Positions 1-6,071 of a stretch of DNA of 24,524 nucleotides are shown one piece after another. Origin of the DNA: a virus (taxonomy: Duplodnaviria > Caudoviricetes); the IMG/VR virus record IMGVR_UViG_3300020409_000075, positions 1 to 24,524 of that record; one strand, written 5' to 3'. The first letter of the stretch is position 1. The number at the start of each line of letters is the position of its first letter. The notes beneath the pieces were generated by a model. The model made no database searches and was not told the origin of the DNA. It saw only the letters and a program-made list of their open reading frames with translations. The translations under genes and the position numbers were made by a program.

Positions 1-202
1 ATATAAGATTTTGTTTTGCATCTTGAATATCCCATGACGTAGCATATCGCATTTCACCCACTAAATTGTGACCTAGTTTCTGACGATTAATTTTGTAATC
101 GACACGTTGCAAGATCATAAAGATATCTACCTTGTTGAGCTTGCGTTGATGTGCGAGGGTAGACCTCACACACCGATTGATACGTTCTAAATGGGTACTC
201 AT
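1..202 (-). CDS. Hypothetical protein, runs off the left edge (not in ORF track)
   Basis: ATG at 202-200 overlaps the TGA of the 199..621 gene (ATGA coupling). The frame is open to base 1: MSTHLERINRCVRSTLAHQRKLNKVDIFMILQRVDYK... Confidence 0.7.
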   Translation of the reverse strand, partial: MSTHLERINRCVRSTLAHQRKLNKVDIFMILQRVDYKINRQKLGHNLVGEMRYATSWDIQDAKQNLI

Positions 203-621
203 TTTGTCAACCTATAAACTTTAGCGATCTCAAGAGCTTTGCGTTCATTGACAAACTTCTCTTGTTTCTCTGTTGCGACACCCATTTTGTAGATCAAAGA
301 GCTAATATGAAACAGTTGTTCAGAACTAGGATTGCCACACATAAGTGATTCAATCTTTTCTTGCTGAACATATCGTTCTGCTTCCTCAATCTTGTTGTCA
401 ATAATAACTTTGCACTTGCCAATTTGAGCATCAAGTCTACTCATTTTCATCTCGACAGTAACAGACCCACTTCGTTCTGCTGACTTACGCATTTGAGCAA
501 TCTCATTGTATTTGACACCCAAGATGGTAGCTAGTTTGTTATCGTTGAACTCCCAATTTGCAAGAAGTATCTTAACCTTTGATGATCTACGATCAATTAC
601 ATTGTGTAAAGTGAAAGCCAT
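199..621 (-). CDS. Hypothetical protein with possible N-terminal helix-turn-helix and C-terminal coiled coil
   Basis: SD GGAG upstream and its own promoter. NWEFNDNKLATILGVKYNEIAQMRK resembles an HTH (LAxxLGV). The HTH call is inference. Confidence 0.75.
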   Translation of the reverse strand: MAFTLHNVIDRRSSKVKILLANWEFNDNKLATILGVKYNEIAQMRKSAERSGSVTVEMKMSRLDAQIGKCKVIIDNKIEEAERYVQQEKIESLMCGNPSSEQLFHISSLIYKMGVATEKQEKFVNERKALEIAKVYRLTK

Positions 622-650
622 AATAATCTCCTTTTTTGGCTGTATGATTG

Positions 651-672
651 TGACATACCATATGGTATATCT
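651..672. promoter_or_regulatory. Palindromic operator-like site, copy 1
   Basis: TGACATACCATATGGTATATCT, containing the perfect 14-bp palindrome ATACCATATGGTAT (655-668). It lies just downstream of the -10 at 675-680. Confidence 0.7.
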
Positions 673-674
673 AG

Positions 675-703
675 TTTATAGCATATTTGTTTATGTAAGT
701 AAA
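675..703 (-). promoter_or_regulatory. Sigma70-type promoter for 199..621
   Basis: Minus strand TTTACT (703-698), 17 bp, TATAAA (680-675), with an extended -10 TGc. Confidence 0.65.
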
Positions 704-706
704 GCA

Positions 707-958
707 TCACCCCCTTATTATTAAATCATCTGCTTCTGCCCATATTGGTGCAGTTGTTTCTATCCATACTTTAGCACCACAGGACAATGGTTTGTCAGGA
801 GAATAAATCACCTCACTCTCTCCCATAATCCTTACCTTGTGGGCATATCTATTGGTCTTACCCTTTTTAATTGTCAGGACAGGATCGTTTGCACCTGTCT
901 TGGCATTTGATCGTATTATGTGTTGATTAACGTGAATACGTGTTTTTGCTTGTCTCAT
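707..958 (-). CDS. Conserved phage hypothetical protein
   Basis: 83 aa, with SD AGGAG and a 4-nt overlap with the upstream gene. The IHVNQH...KPLSCGAKVWIET pattern is recalled from marine phage hypotheticals. Confidence 0.8.
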   Translation of the reverse strand: MRQAKTRIHVNQHIIRSNAKTGANDPVLTIKKGKTNRYAHKVRIMGESEVIYSPDKPLSCGAKVWIETTAPIWAEADDLIIRG

Positions 959-1137
959 TTTAACTCCTTTCTTTTAATCAACCTTACTGTATTTGATACC
1001 CAATTTACTTTAGATATTTCAAAACAAGAAACGTCTTGAAATTCAACATCTCTTTCTAAATGTTGCAACAGAAATTCTTTTGCTTCCACCTCATCTGTTG
1101 CTTCAATTTCATCAAAATATGTCACTTTAAATTTCAT
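955..1137 (-). CDS. Small acidic hypothetical protein (60 aa; start moved to ATG 1137)
   Basis: SD AGGAG precedes the ATG at 1137 (MKFKVTYFDEIEATDEVEAKE...). The track's TTG start at 1152 would include the SD. Confidence 0.75.
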   Translation of the reverse strand: MKFKVTYFDEIEATDEVEAKEFLLQHLERDVEFQDVSCFEISKVNWVSNTVRLIKRKELK

Positions 1138-1148
1138 GTCAACTCCTC

Positions 1149-1790
1149 TCAATGCTTTAGGTATGTAATGTTAGGAACATTCTTATCCCAACACATTCTA
1201 CAATCGCCACACTTGTTGCCTTGTAACGAACTAGGACACATATGACCAATAGCCAAACTTTTGTCTGTTGCTACTGTGCTTGTATGTGTATGATGTTTTG
1301 GTGGCACACCATTGACCATTGACGCACTCATACGCACAATCAAATTGTCAGGAAACTCACCATATAAATTCTTGTACTGTTTGACCATCGACCCCTCTTG
1401 TGTAGGTAGCCAATGTTTGACATCAGGTGTGGCTCTAGCTATCTCAACAATCATGCAAAGATGTTCTACACTTTGTAAATCCCCACTATCGTGCCACCTG
1501 AACACTTTAGACTTTTTGCAATAGTGTAGTATCAGAAAAATCATTGCTCGTACCCAATTAGGATTGTTTTGTAGTTGATACATACGATTGTCTAATGCTT
1601 TCTGTACGTTAGGAAATACGTATCGACCTTTTCTAGCATAACAGTCTGCACAAGATGATCCTTTGACCTCTCTTAACTTGCTACCTACCTTGCACATGAA
1701 AGCACTCAATGAGTAGCCATGACTAGGCATTTTAGATGGCTTAGATAATCCACCAACATCAGCCCAAGCTTGTTTAATTGTAAATTCCAT
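1149..1790 (-). CDS. GP88-family-like Cys-rich protein (possible Fe-S/radical-SAM-like); start moved to ATG 1790
   Basis: SD AGAGGA precedes ATG 1790 (MEFTIKQAW). Motifs SKMP, C..CADCYA, FRWHDSGD and C-terminal CP..CGDCRMCW are typical of phage gene-product-88 proteins. Confidence 0.8.
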   Translation of the reverse strand: MEFTIKQAWADVGGLSKPSKMPSHGYSLSAFMCKVGSKLREVKGSSCADCYARKGRYVFPNVQKALDNRMYQLQNNPNWVRAMIFLILHYCKKSKVFRWHDSGDLQSVEHLCMIVEIARATPDVKHWLPTQEGSMVKQYKNLYGEFPDNLIVRMSASMVNGVPPKHHTHTSTVATDKSLAIGHMCPSSLQGNKCGDCRMCWDKNVPNITYLKH

Positions 1791-1807
1791 TTGATCCTCT
1801 TTTTTTG

Positions 1808-1829
1808 TGACTTGCCATATGGCAACTCT
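1808..1829. promoter_or_regulatory. Palindromic operator-like site, copy 2
   Basis: TGACTTGCCATATGGCAACTCT, with perfect palindrome TTGCCATATGGCAA (1812-1825). It lies between the promoter and the RBS of the GP88-like gene. Confidence 0.7.
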
Positions 1830-1870
1830 AGTTGTTGATTGTGGGTAAACACTATTGTGCTTACATAAAC

Positions 1871-1899
1871 AGATTAGCATATTTGGTGCATATTGTCAA
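1871..1899 (-). promoter_or_regulatory. Sigma70-type promoter for the GP88-like operon
   Basis: Minus strand TTGACA (1899-1894), 17 bp, TAATCT (1876-1871), with extended -10 TGc. It shares CAAATATGC before the -10 with the 675-703 promoter. Confidence 0.75.
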
Positions 1900-1904
1900 T
1901 AGAT

Positions 1905-1949
1905 GCACCCACGCACCCATTTACTCACGCACCCACCCACGCACCCACC
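1905..1949. repeat. C-rich CACGCACCC/CACCC short repeats
   Basis: CACGCACCC at 1910-1918, 1926-1934 and 1938-1946; five CCC tracts in total. Confidence 0.85.
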
Positions 1950-1990
1950 TTGTTGATGATAGGTTTTTTTGTCAAAAAACTTTTAGGCAT

Positions 1991-2018
1991 AAAAAAAGGC
2001 TCGCACGAATGCAAGCCT
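1991..2018 (-). terminator. Rho-independent terminator after 2042..2908
   Basis: Minus strand AGGCUUGCA-UUCG-UGCGAGCCU followed by a U run. The G-U pair and UUCG loop form only on this strand. Confidence 0.9.
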
Positions 2019-2041
2019 AATTTTAAATTATGTAATTGAGA

Positions 2042-2908
2042 TTATTTTTTATTTTTCTCATTTAACAATTTTAATTCGTTAATTGTTTCAATTGTAATTG
2101 AGCAAGCTTTATTTAATTCTTTTTGAGTATCTGCTTTTTTATTCTCAAAACTTGCACCAAATATTGCAAAAATATCAATTGCCTTTTCTCTTAATTGATC
2201 AAGTGTCAATTTTGATAAAGCGTCAAATGATATAACATTATCATCTGATTTTTTATCATTAGATTTACTTTTTGATTTACTATTTGATTTACCTTGAATA
2301 TGACCATTTTTCTTAGTCACTTTAGCGGTTTCATTCTTGTGATCAACTTGTATTCCGCAATATGTGTAAACAGTTTTATAATTTACAACATGACCATTTG
2401 ATAAAAGTGAAAAAGCTTTTGTCTTAGCATCATAAGACAATCCATTTACTTTGACCATTGAATTGATTTTTTTAGCATCATTATATCTGATCAAATTTCC
2501 AATTGCTCTTATATAAGATCCATATTGCTCTAAATATGCAAGCGTCTCTTTATTACAAAAAGTTTTACGCAATTCACTTTGCATTTTAGTAGGTACACTT
2601 TTGACACTAGCTTTTTTATTATGGCTATTATTATTTTTATTAGTTGTTTTACTTGCTGTAGTGTACACATTAAAATCAGATTGCATTAGCTCAGTATCTG
2701 CTAAAAATAAATCATACTCTTTCTGTGATCTTGCTAGATTTGATTTATTATCAATTGTGTTAATAGATGAAACAATTCTGTTTGCTCTATTTGCAATTAC
2801 TTCAAATGGTTTTCTATTAGTTTTATTAAAAATAAATTTACCATTATCAATTGAAGCTAATTTAATTACTTGAGTAGTATTTTCTGTTTTTGTTGCTGTG
2901 TTTGTCAT
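2042..2908 (-). CDS. Lys/Asn-rich hypothetical protein, first gene of the leftward arm
   Basis: 288-aa ORF with SD AGAGGA, its own promoter and its own terminator. No recognisable motif. Confidence 0.8.
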   Translation of the reverse strand: MTNTATKTENTTQVIKLASIDNGKFIFNKTNRKPFEVIANRANRIVSSINTIDNKSNLARSQKEYDLFLADTELMQSDFNVYTTASKTTNKNNNSHNKKASVKSVPTKMQSELRKTFCNKETLAYLEQYGSYIRAIGNLIRYNDAKKINSMVKVNGLSYDAKTKAFSLLSNGHVVNYKTVYTYCGIQVDHKNETAKVTKKNGHIQGKSNSKSKSKSNDKKSDDNVISFDALSKLTLDQLREKAIDIFAIFGASFENKKADTQKELNKACSITIETINELKLLNEKNKK

Positions 2909-2963
2909 TTTATCCTCTTATAAATGATTTAATTTAAATAAGACAATTATTTGCCTTAACTAT

Positions 2964-2992
2964 TTTATACATCAGATTTTAATAAATGTAAA
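2964..2992 (-). promoter_or_regulatory. Sigma70-type promoter for 2042..2908
   Basis: Minus strand TTTACA (2992-2987), 17 bp, TATAAA (2969-2964), with an AT-rich upstream region. Confidence 0.65.
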
Positions 2993-3022
2993 CATTATTA
3001 ATGCATTTAATTGAAAATAATT

Positions 3023-3091
3023 TATTGTGACATACCATATGGCAAGTCAGAAATGAAACATAATATTGTGACATACCATATGGCAAGTCAG
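3023..3091. repeat. Perfect 28-bp direct repeat containing operator-like copies 3 and 4
   Basis: TATTGTGACATACCATATGGCAAGTCAG at 3023-3050 and 3064-3091 (41-bp period). Each contains TGAC-ATA-CCATATGG-CAA-GTCA. Confidence 0.9.
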
Positions 3092-3476
3092 GATTGAGAC
3101 AACAATAGTTGTAGACATTTGGTGGTAGTATGCAAATTGTTTGCATAGGTATGCTTTTTTTGATGTTGGTTTTTGGTGCAACAGATTATTAGTCAGTTTA
3201 TAAAATCATTTAAGTGTTTAATATTATTATGTTTCAATTTATCTTTATACTTTAATAATTATACTTTTATGCATTTATAAAAATGAATCACTCAATTTGA
3301 CTCACGGCAATTCCGGCTCGCACGGAGGGGCAAGAGCCACTACCGGGTGGGGCGTTAGCGTTCACAAAACCCTACACAGATCAGGAAAAATGGGTGTTAA
3401 CCACTTTTGTTGCACAAATAACACATTGTACTAGGATCACAATATAAAAATAATGGTGTTTCTTGCATTTTAGGGG

Positions 3477-3506
3477 TTGACAACTTAAATATAATGTGTA
3501 AAACTA
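3477..3506 (+). promoter_or_regulatory. Rightward promoter-like motif, copy 1
   Basis: TTGACAA-N13-TGTAAAACTA. Confidence 0.6.
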
Positions 3507-3609
3507 CCCATTAAGGGTGTTACAGTTAAGAATGATTCAAAAAAACTTTATTAATACACCTAAATGTACATTAAAATGCAATAAATGTACAATATATTGA
3601 AAATAATGC

Positions 3610-3639
3610 TTGACAATGCGAAAGAAATCTGTAAAACTA
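3610..3639 (+). promoter_or_regulatory. Rightward promoter-like motif, copy 2
   Basis: TTGACAA-N13-TGTAAAACTA, with the same spacing as copy 1. It overlaps the start of the first rightward ORF. Confidence 0.6.
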
Positions 3640-3891
3640 TATAACTATACGTCTGTACTAGACGAATACTACAATGTGCTTCTATCTAAAAAGGGCATTA
3701 GTAAGTTAAAAAAGATGCATATACCTGTATCTGATGTATTTTATGTACAAAAAGCAATAGAAATGAATACAGGTGTTAAATATAGCCTAGATCATGTAGA
3801 AAGAGCTATGTATTTAGAGGGTCATCTGAGTGCATCGGATGTATTAGACCCTCATGTACCACGAGGATACTGTAGTTATGATAACACCTGA
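3616..3891 (+). CDS. Conserved phage hypothetical protein (start uncertain)
   Basis: ATG 3616 (track uses TTG 3610). The HIP.SDVFYV...YSLDHVERAMYLEG pattern is recalled from marine podoviruses. Confidence 0.7.
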   Translation: MRKKSVKLYNYTSVLDEYYNVLLSKKGISKLKKMHIPVSDVFYVQKAIEMNTGVKYSLDHVERAMYLEGHLSASDVLDPHVPRGYCSYDNT

Positions 3892-4120
3892 ACGATTAGA
3901 CTCATGGAGAATCGTGCCTAGAGCATTGATCCTGTCGTATATGGTTGTATTTTATCAAACGTGCAATTGGTTTATGAATCTCGCAGAGCCAAACAATGCC
4001 CAAGCAGGTTTCGTATCTGTAGTTGTAGGTGCAGGTGCCGCTTGGTTTGGTTTATACGTTAATGGTGGAAGATCACGAGTTGAGGTTTCATCTAAAGTAG
4101 AGCAAAGGGAGAATATATAA
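3878..4120 (+). CDS. Small two-TM membrane protein (holin-like possible); start moved to ATG 3878
   Basis: SD GAGGA at 3863-3867. Hydrophobic segments RIVPRALILSYMVVFY and AGFVSVVVGAGAAWFGLYV. Confidence 0.75.
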   Translation: MITPERLDSWRIVPRALILSYMVVFYQTCNWFMNLAEPNNAQAGFVSVVVGAGAAWFGLYVNGGRSRVEVSSKVEQRENI

Positions 4121-4380
4121 TGCCAACAATGACACGAGCTAAGACAGAAGCTAGAATCATAGATATACTACAACGTAAAGATCCAAAAGTGTCTGCTACT
4201 GCTTTACTTACTAACTATGGCAAAAAGTATGGTGAGAAAGATCTAGATGAATTTCTAAATAGATTGGCTACTATACTGAAGCCAACAAAATTTGCTAAAG
4301 GTGGTGCTATTATTCGTAGATATAAACAATCTAGAAAAGCTAAACCTAAAAAACGAACAGTTAATAGGAGTAAAAAATAA
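4120..4380 (+). CDS. Small protein with FAKGG motif and basic C-terminal tail
   Basis: TAATG coupling with the upstream gene. KFAKGGAII is followed by a K/R-rich tail. Confidence 0.8.
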   Translation: MPTMTRAKTEARIIDILQRKDPKVSATALLTNYGKKYGEKDLDEFLNRLATILKPTKFAKGGAIIRRYKQSRKAKPKKRTVNRSKK

Positions 4381-4520
4381 TGTGGGGAAGAGTTATGTCA
4401 TTCTTTGCTAATAAAGGCGAGGGAACAAAATGGGATTTAGATTATGGTAAATTGATTATCATAGCTTTATGTATATACATTGCAATCGCTGTGAGTGGTT
4501 GTCATACAGTAGGAGTATAG
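4380..4520 (+). CDS. 46-aa membrane peptide with lipobox-like VSGC near the C-terminus (not in track)
   Basis: SD AGGAG at 4366-4370 and TAATG coupling. MWGRVMSFFANKGEGTKWDLDYGKLIIIALCIYIAIAVSGCHTVGV*. Confidence 0.75.
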   Translation: MWGRVMSFFANKGEGTKWDLDYGKLIIIALCIYIAIAVSGCHTVGV

Positions 4521-4552
4521 TGGCTACTTTTCGGTGTGCGAGTAGCCATTTT
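4521..4552 (+). terminator. Hairpin, probable weak intrinsic terminator
   Basis: TGGCTACT (4521-4528) / AGTAGCCA (4541-4548) followed by TTTT, directly after a stop codon. Confidence 0.6.
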
Positions 4553-4571
4553 AAATTATTAGGAGATATAA

Positions 4572-4643
4572 ATGATTATACCTTGTTCAGTATGTAGAAC
4601 TTATAAAGAGTGCGAAAAGCACAAAAGATGTTTAAAGGAGTAA
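4572..4643 (+). CDS. 23-aa four-cysteine micro-protein A (not in track)
   Basis: SD AGGAG at 4561-4565. MIIPCSVCRTYKECEKHKRCLKE*, pattern CX2CX5CX5C. Confidence 0.75.
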   Translation: MIIPCSVCRTYKECEKHKRCLKE

Positions 4644-4646
4644 AGT

Positions 4647-4730
4647 ATGATTTATTTTTATCCTGTACCTTGTCCTCATTGTCCTACTAAAGATGAATGT
4701 AGAGATAATGGTAAATGTGCAAAGGAGTAA
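4647..4730 (+). CDS. 27-aa four-cysteine micro-protein B (not in track)
   Basis: SD AAGGAG at 4635-4640. MIYFYPVPCPHCPTKDECRDNGKCAKE*, pattern CX2CX5CX5C. Confidence 0.75.
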   Translation: MIYFYPVPCPHCPTKDECRDNGKCAKE

Positions 4731-4733
4731 GTT

Positions 4734-4901
4734 ATGGCAGTAAATGCAGCTAAGAATTATACTAAACCCTCAATGCGTAAAAGTTTATTTAATAGAATAA
4801 AAGCAGGCAGTAAAGGTGGTAGACCCGGACAATGGTCTGCACGTAAAGCACAGATGTTAGCCAAACAGTATAAAGCAAAAGGTGGTGGCTATAAGTCTTA
4901 A
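4734..4901 (+). CDS. 55-aa basic protein, DUF5872-like N-terminal half (not in track)
   Basis: SD AAGGAG at 4722-4727. MAVNAAKNYTKPSMRKSLFNRIKAGSKGGRPGQWSARKAQMLAKQYKAKGGGYKS*, with TAATG coupling to the next gene. Confidence 0.85.
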   Translation: MAVNAAKNYTKPSMRKSLFNRIKAGSKGGRPGQWSARKAQMLAKQYKAKGGGYKS

Positions 4902-5575
4902 TGTCGTACTTAGTAAGTAACATACCTCACTTTAAATGTTGGGTGAGGAGAGAATATACGTGTAACCATGAACAATATCATGGAGAGTTTTTACATGCAA
5001 TGGCAATTGCAATCAATACAATACCTGACAGATGCCTAAGTTTTCAGGTAGTATTTACAGGATGTGAAAGCGACTTTGATGATTCACAAAATATTCATGG
5101 TGGAGCAATGTGGGCAAGAATGCCAATCACAGCACTTGTTGCTGATGAAAGATTGGAACAATGGCCGGAGAGAATGGATACACATTTAGCTCAGCCGTGG
5201 GATTGCAGTTCACATCATCATTCAGTAATTAAGTTCGATAGAGCTAGTTCTAGTCCTTATCTATGTAAAATAGATGGCGAGTTCTACAAAGGCAAATACT
5301 TATTTACTGTAGATTATACTGAAAATGATATCGCTGATGATCCAGCACAACATAAACAAAGTCATGTAATTCAATTGACAGATGCAGATAAGTGGACAGG
5401 TAACATAGTTGCGTTGCCTAATAACAGAGTCAGGACAACAAGTCCTGCATTATGGGAGACAGGCGAGGGTGTACCTGATTTTAAGCCTAGTCAATATATA
5501 CATTCAGCAGAGATACATAATAGTTATCTTGATCCTGAAGTAACTTTTAACAATCTATATTCGGAGGACAAATAG
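4901..5575 (+). CDS. Conserved marine phage hypothetical protein
   Basis: 224 aa, coupled start. GGAMWARMPI, WDC and HKQSH motifs; His/Cys-rich; function unknown. Confidence 0.85.
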   Translation: MSYLVSNIPHFKCWVRREYTCNHEQYHGEFLHAMAIAINTIPDRCLSFQVVFTGCESDFDDSQNIHGGAMWARMPITALVADERLEQWPERMDTHLAQPWDCSSHHHSVIKFDRASSSPYLCKIDGEFYKGKYLFTVDYTENDIADDPAQHKQSHVIQLTDADKWTGNIVALPNNRVRTTSPALWETGEGVPDFKPSQYIHSAEIHNSYLDPEVTFNNLYSEDK

Positions 5576-5576
5576 A

Positions 5577-5813
5577 ATGATGATGAAAAAGAAAAAGGGC
5601 TACGCTAAAGGTGGTGCAATGATGAAGAAAAAAGGCTACGCTAAAGGTGGAGCTATGAAGAAACCATCAGATGATCAAAAAGGTCTAAAGAAACTACCTA
5701 AAGCTGTAAGAAATAAAATGGGTTATATGGCTAAAGGTGGAATGGCTAAAAAGAAAAAAGGCATGGCTAAAGGTGGTGCTATGAAAAAAAAAATGACAAG
5801 AAAGGGTGCGTAA
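5577..5813 (+). CDS. Highly basic Lys/Met/Gly repeat protein with four AKGG motifs
   Basis: SD GGAGG. GYAKGGAM twice, YMAKGGMA and GMAKGGAM. Nucleotide repeat GGCTACGCTAAAGGTGG at 5598-5614 and 5634-5650. Confidence 0.85.
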   Translation: MMMKKKKGYAKGGAMMKKKGYAKGGAMKKPSDDQKGLKKLPKAVRNKMGYMAKGGMAKKKKGMAKGGAMKKKMTRKGA

Positions 5814-5834
5814 CAATCGCAATCGTAGCAACTA

Positions 5835-6071
5835 ATGGCACTCGCAAAAAGTCAAAAAAGTCTTAAAGATTGGGGCAAGCAAAAGTGGAGAACATCTTCA
5901 GGTAAACCATCAAAGGGTAAAAGAAGATATCTCCCTGATGCTGCTTGGAAAGCATTAAGTGCGTCAGAAAAGGCGGCTACTAATAGAGCTAAAGCTAAAG
6001 GCAATAGACAAGGTAAACAATTTGTAAAGCAACCTAAAAAAATTGCGAAAAAAACGAGAGCATATAGATAA
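5835..6071 (+). CDS. Basic protein, DUF5872-like C-terminal half
   Basis: QKSLKDWGKQKWRT...RYLP.AAW.ALS..E..ATN.AK...GKQFVKQP. Confidence 0.8.
   Translation: MALAKSQKSLKDWGKQKWRTSSGKPSKGKRRYLPDAAWKALSASEKAATNRAKAKGNRQGKQFVKQPKKIAKKTRAYR

Noticed and set aside
1791-1880. N-terminal 30-aa extension of the GP88-like ORF in the track
   Set aside because: It spans the -10 box, operator and SD. ATG 1790 has a proper SD.
506-2873. Plus-strand ORFs 506..724, 1060..1245, 1312..1524, 1832..2020 and 2601..2873
   Set aside because: They are antisense shadows of the minus-strand genes or cross promoter/terminator DNA. The hydrophobic look of 2601..2873 is the reverse complement of K/N codons.
3023-3091. 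28-bp palindromic direct repeat as a mini-CRISPR array
   Set aside because: There are only two copies with a 13-bp spacer and no cas genes. The same core occurs singly at two promoters, which fits an operator better.
4294-5782. GCTAAAGGTGG nucleotide repeats as a DNA-level signal (Chi-like or internal SD)
   Set aside because: All copies are in the same reading frame and use codons expected in AT-rich DNA, so the AKGG peptide explains them. Internal starts in 5577..5813 cannot be fully excluded.
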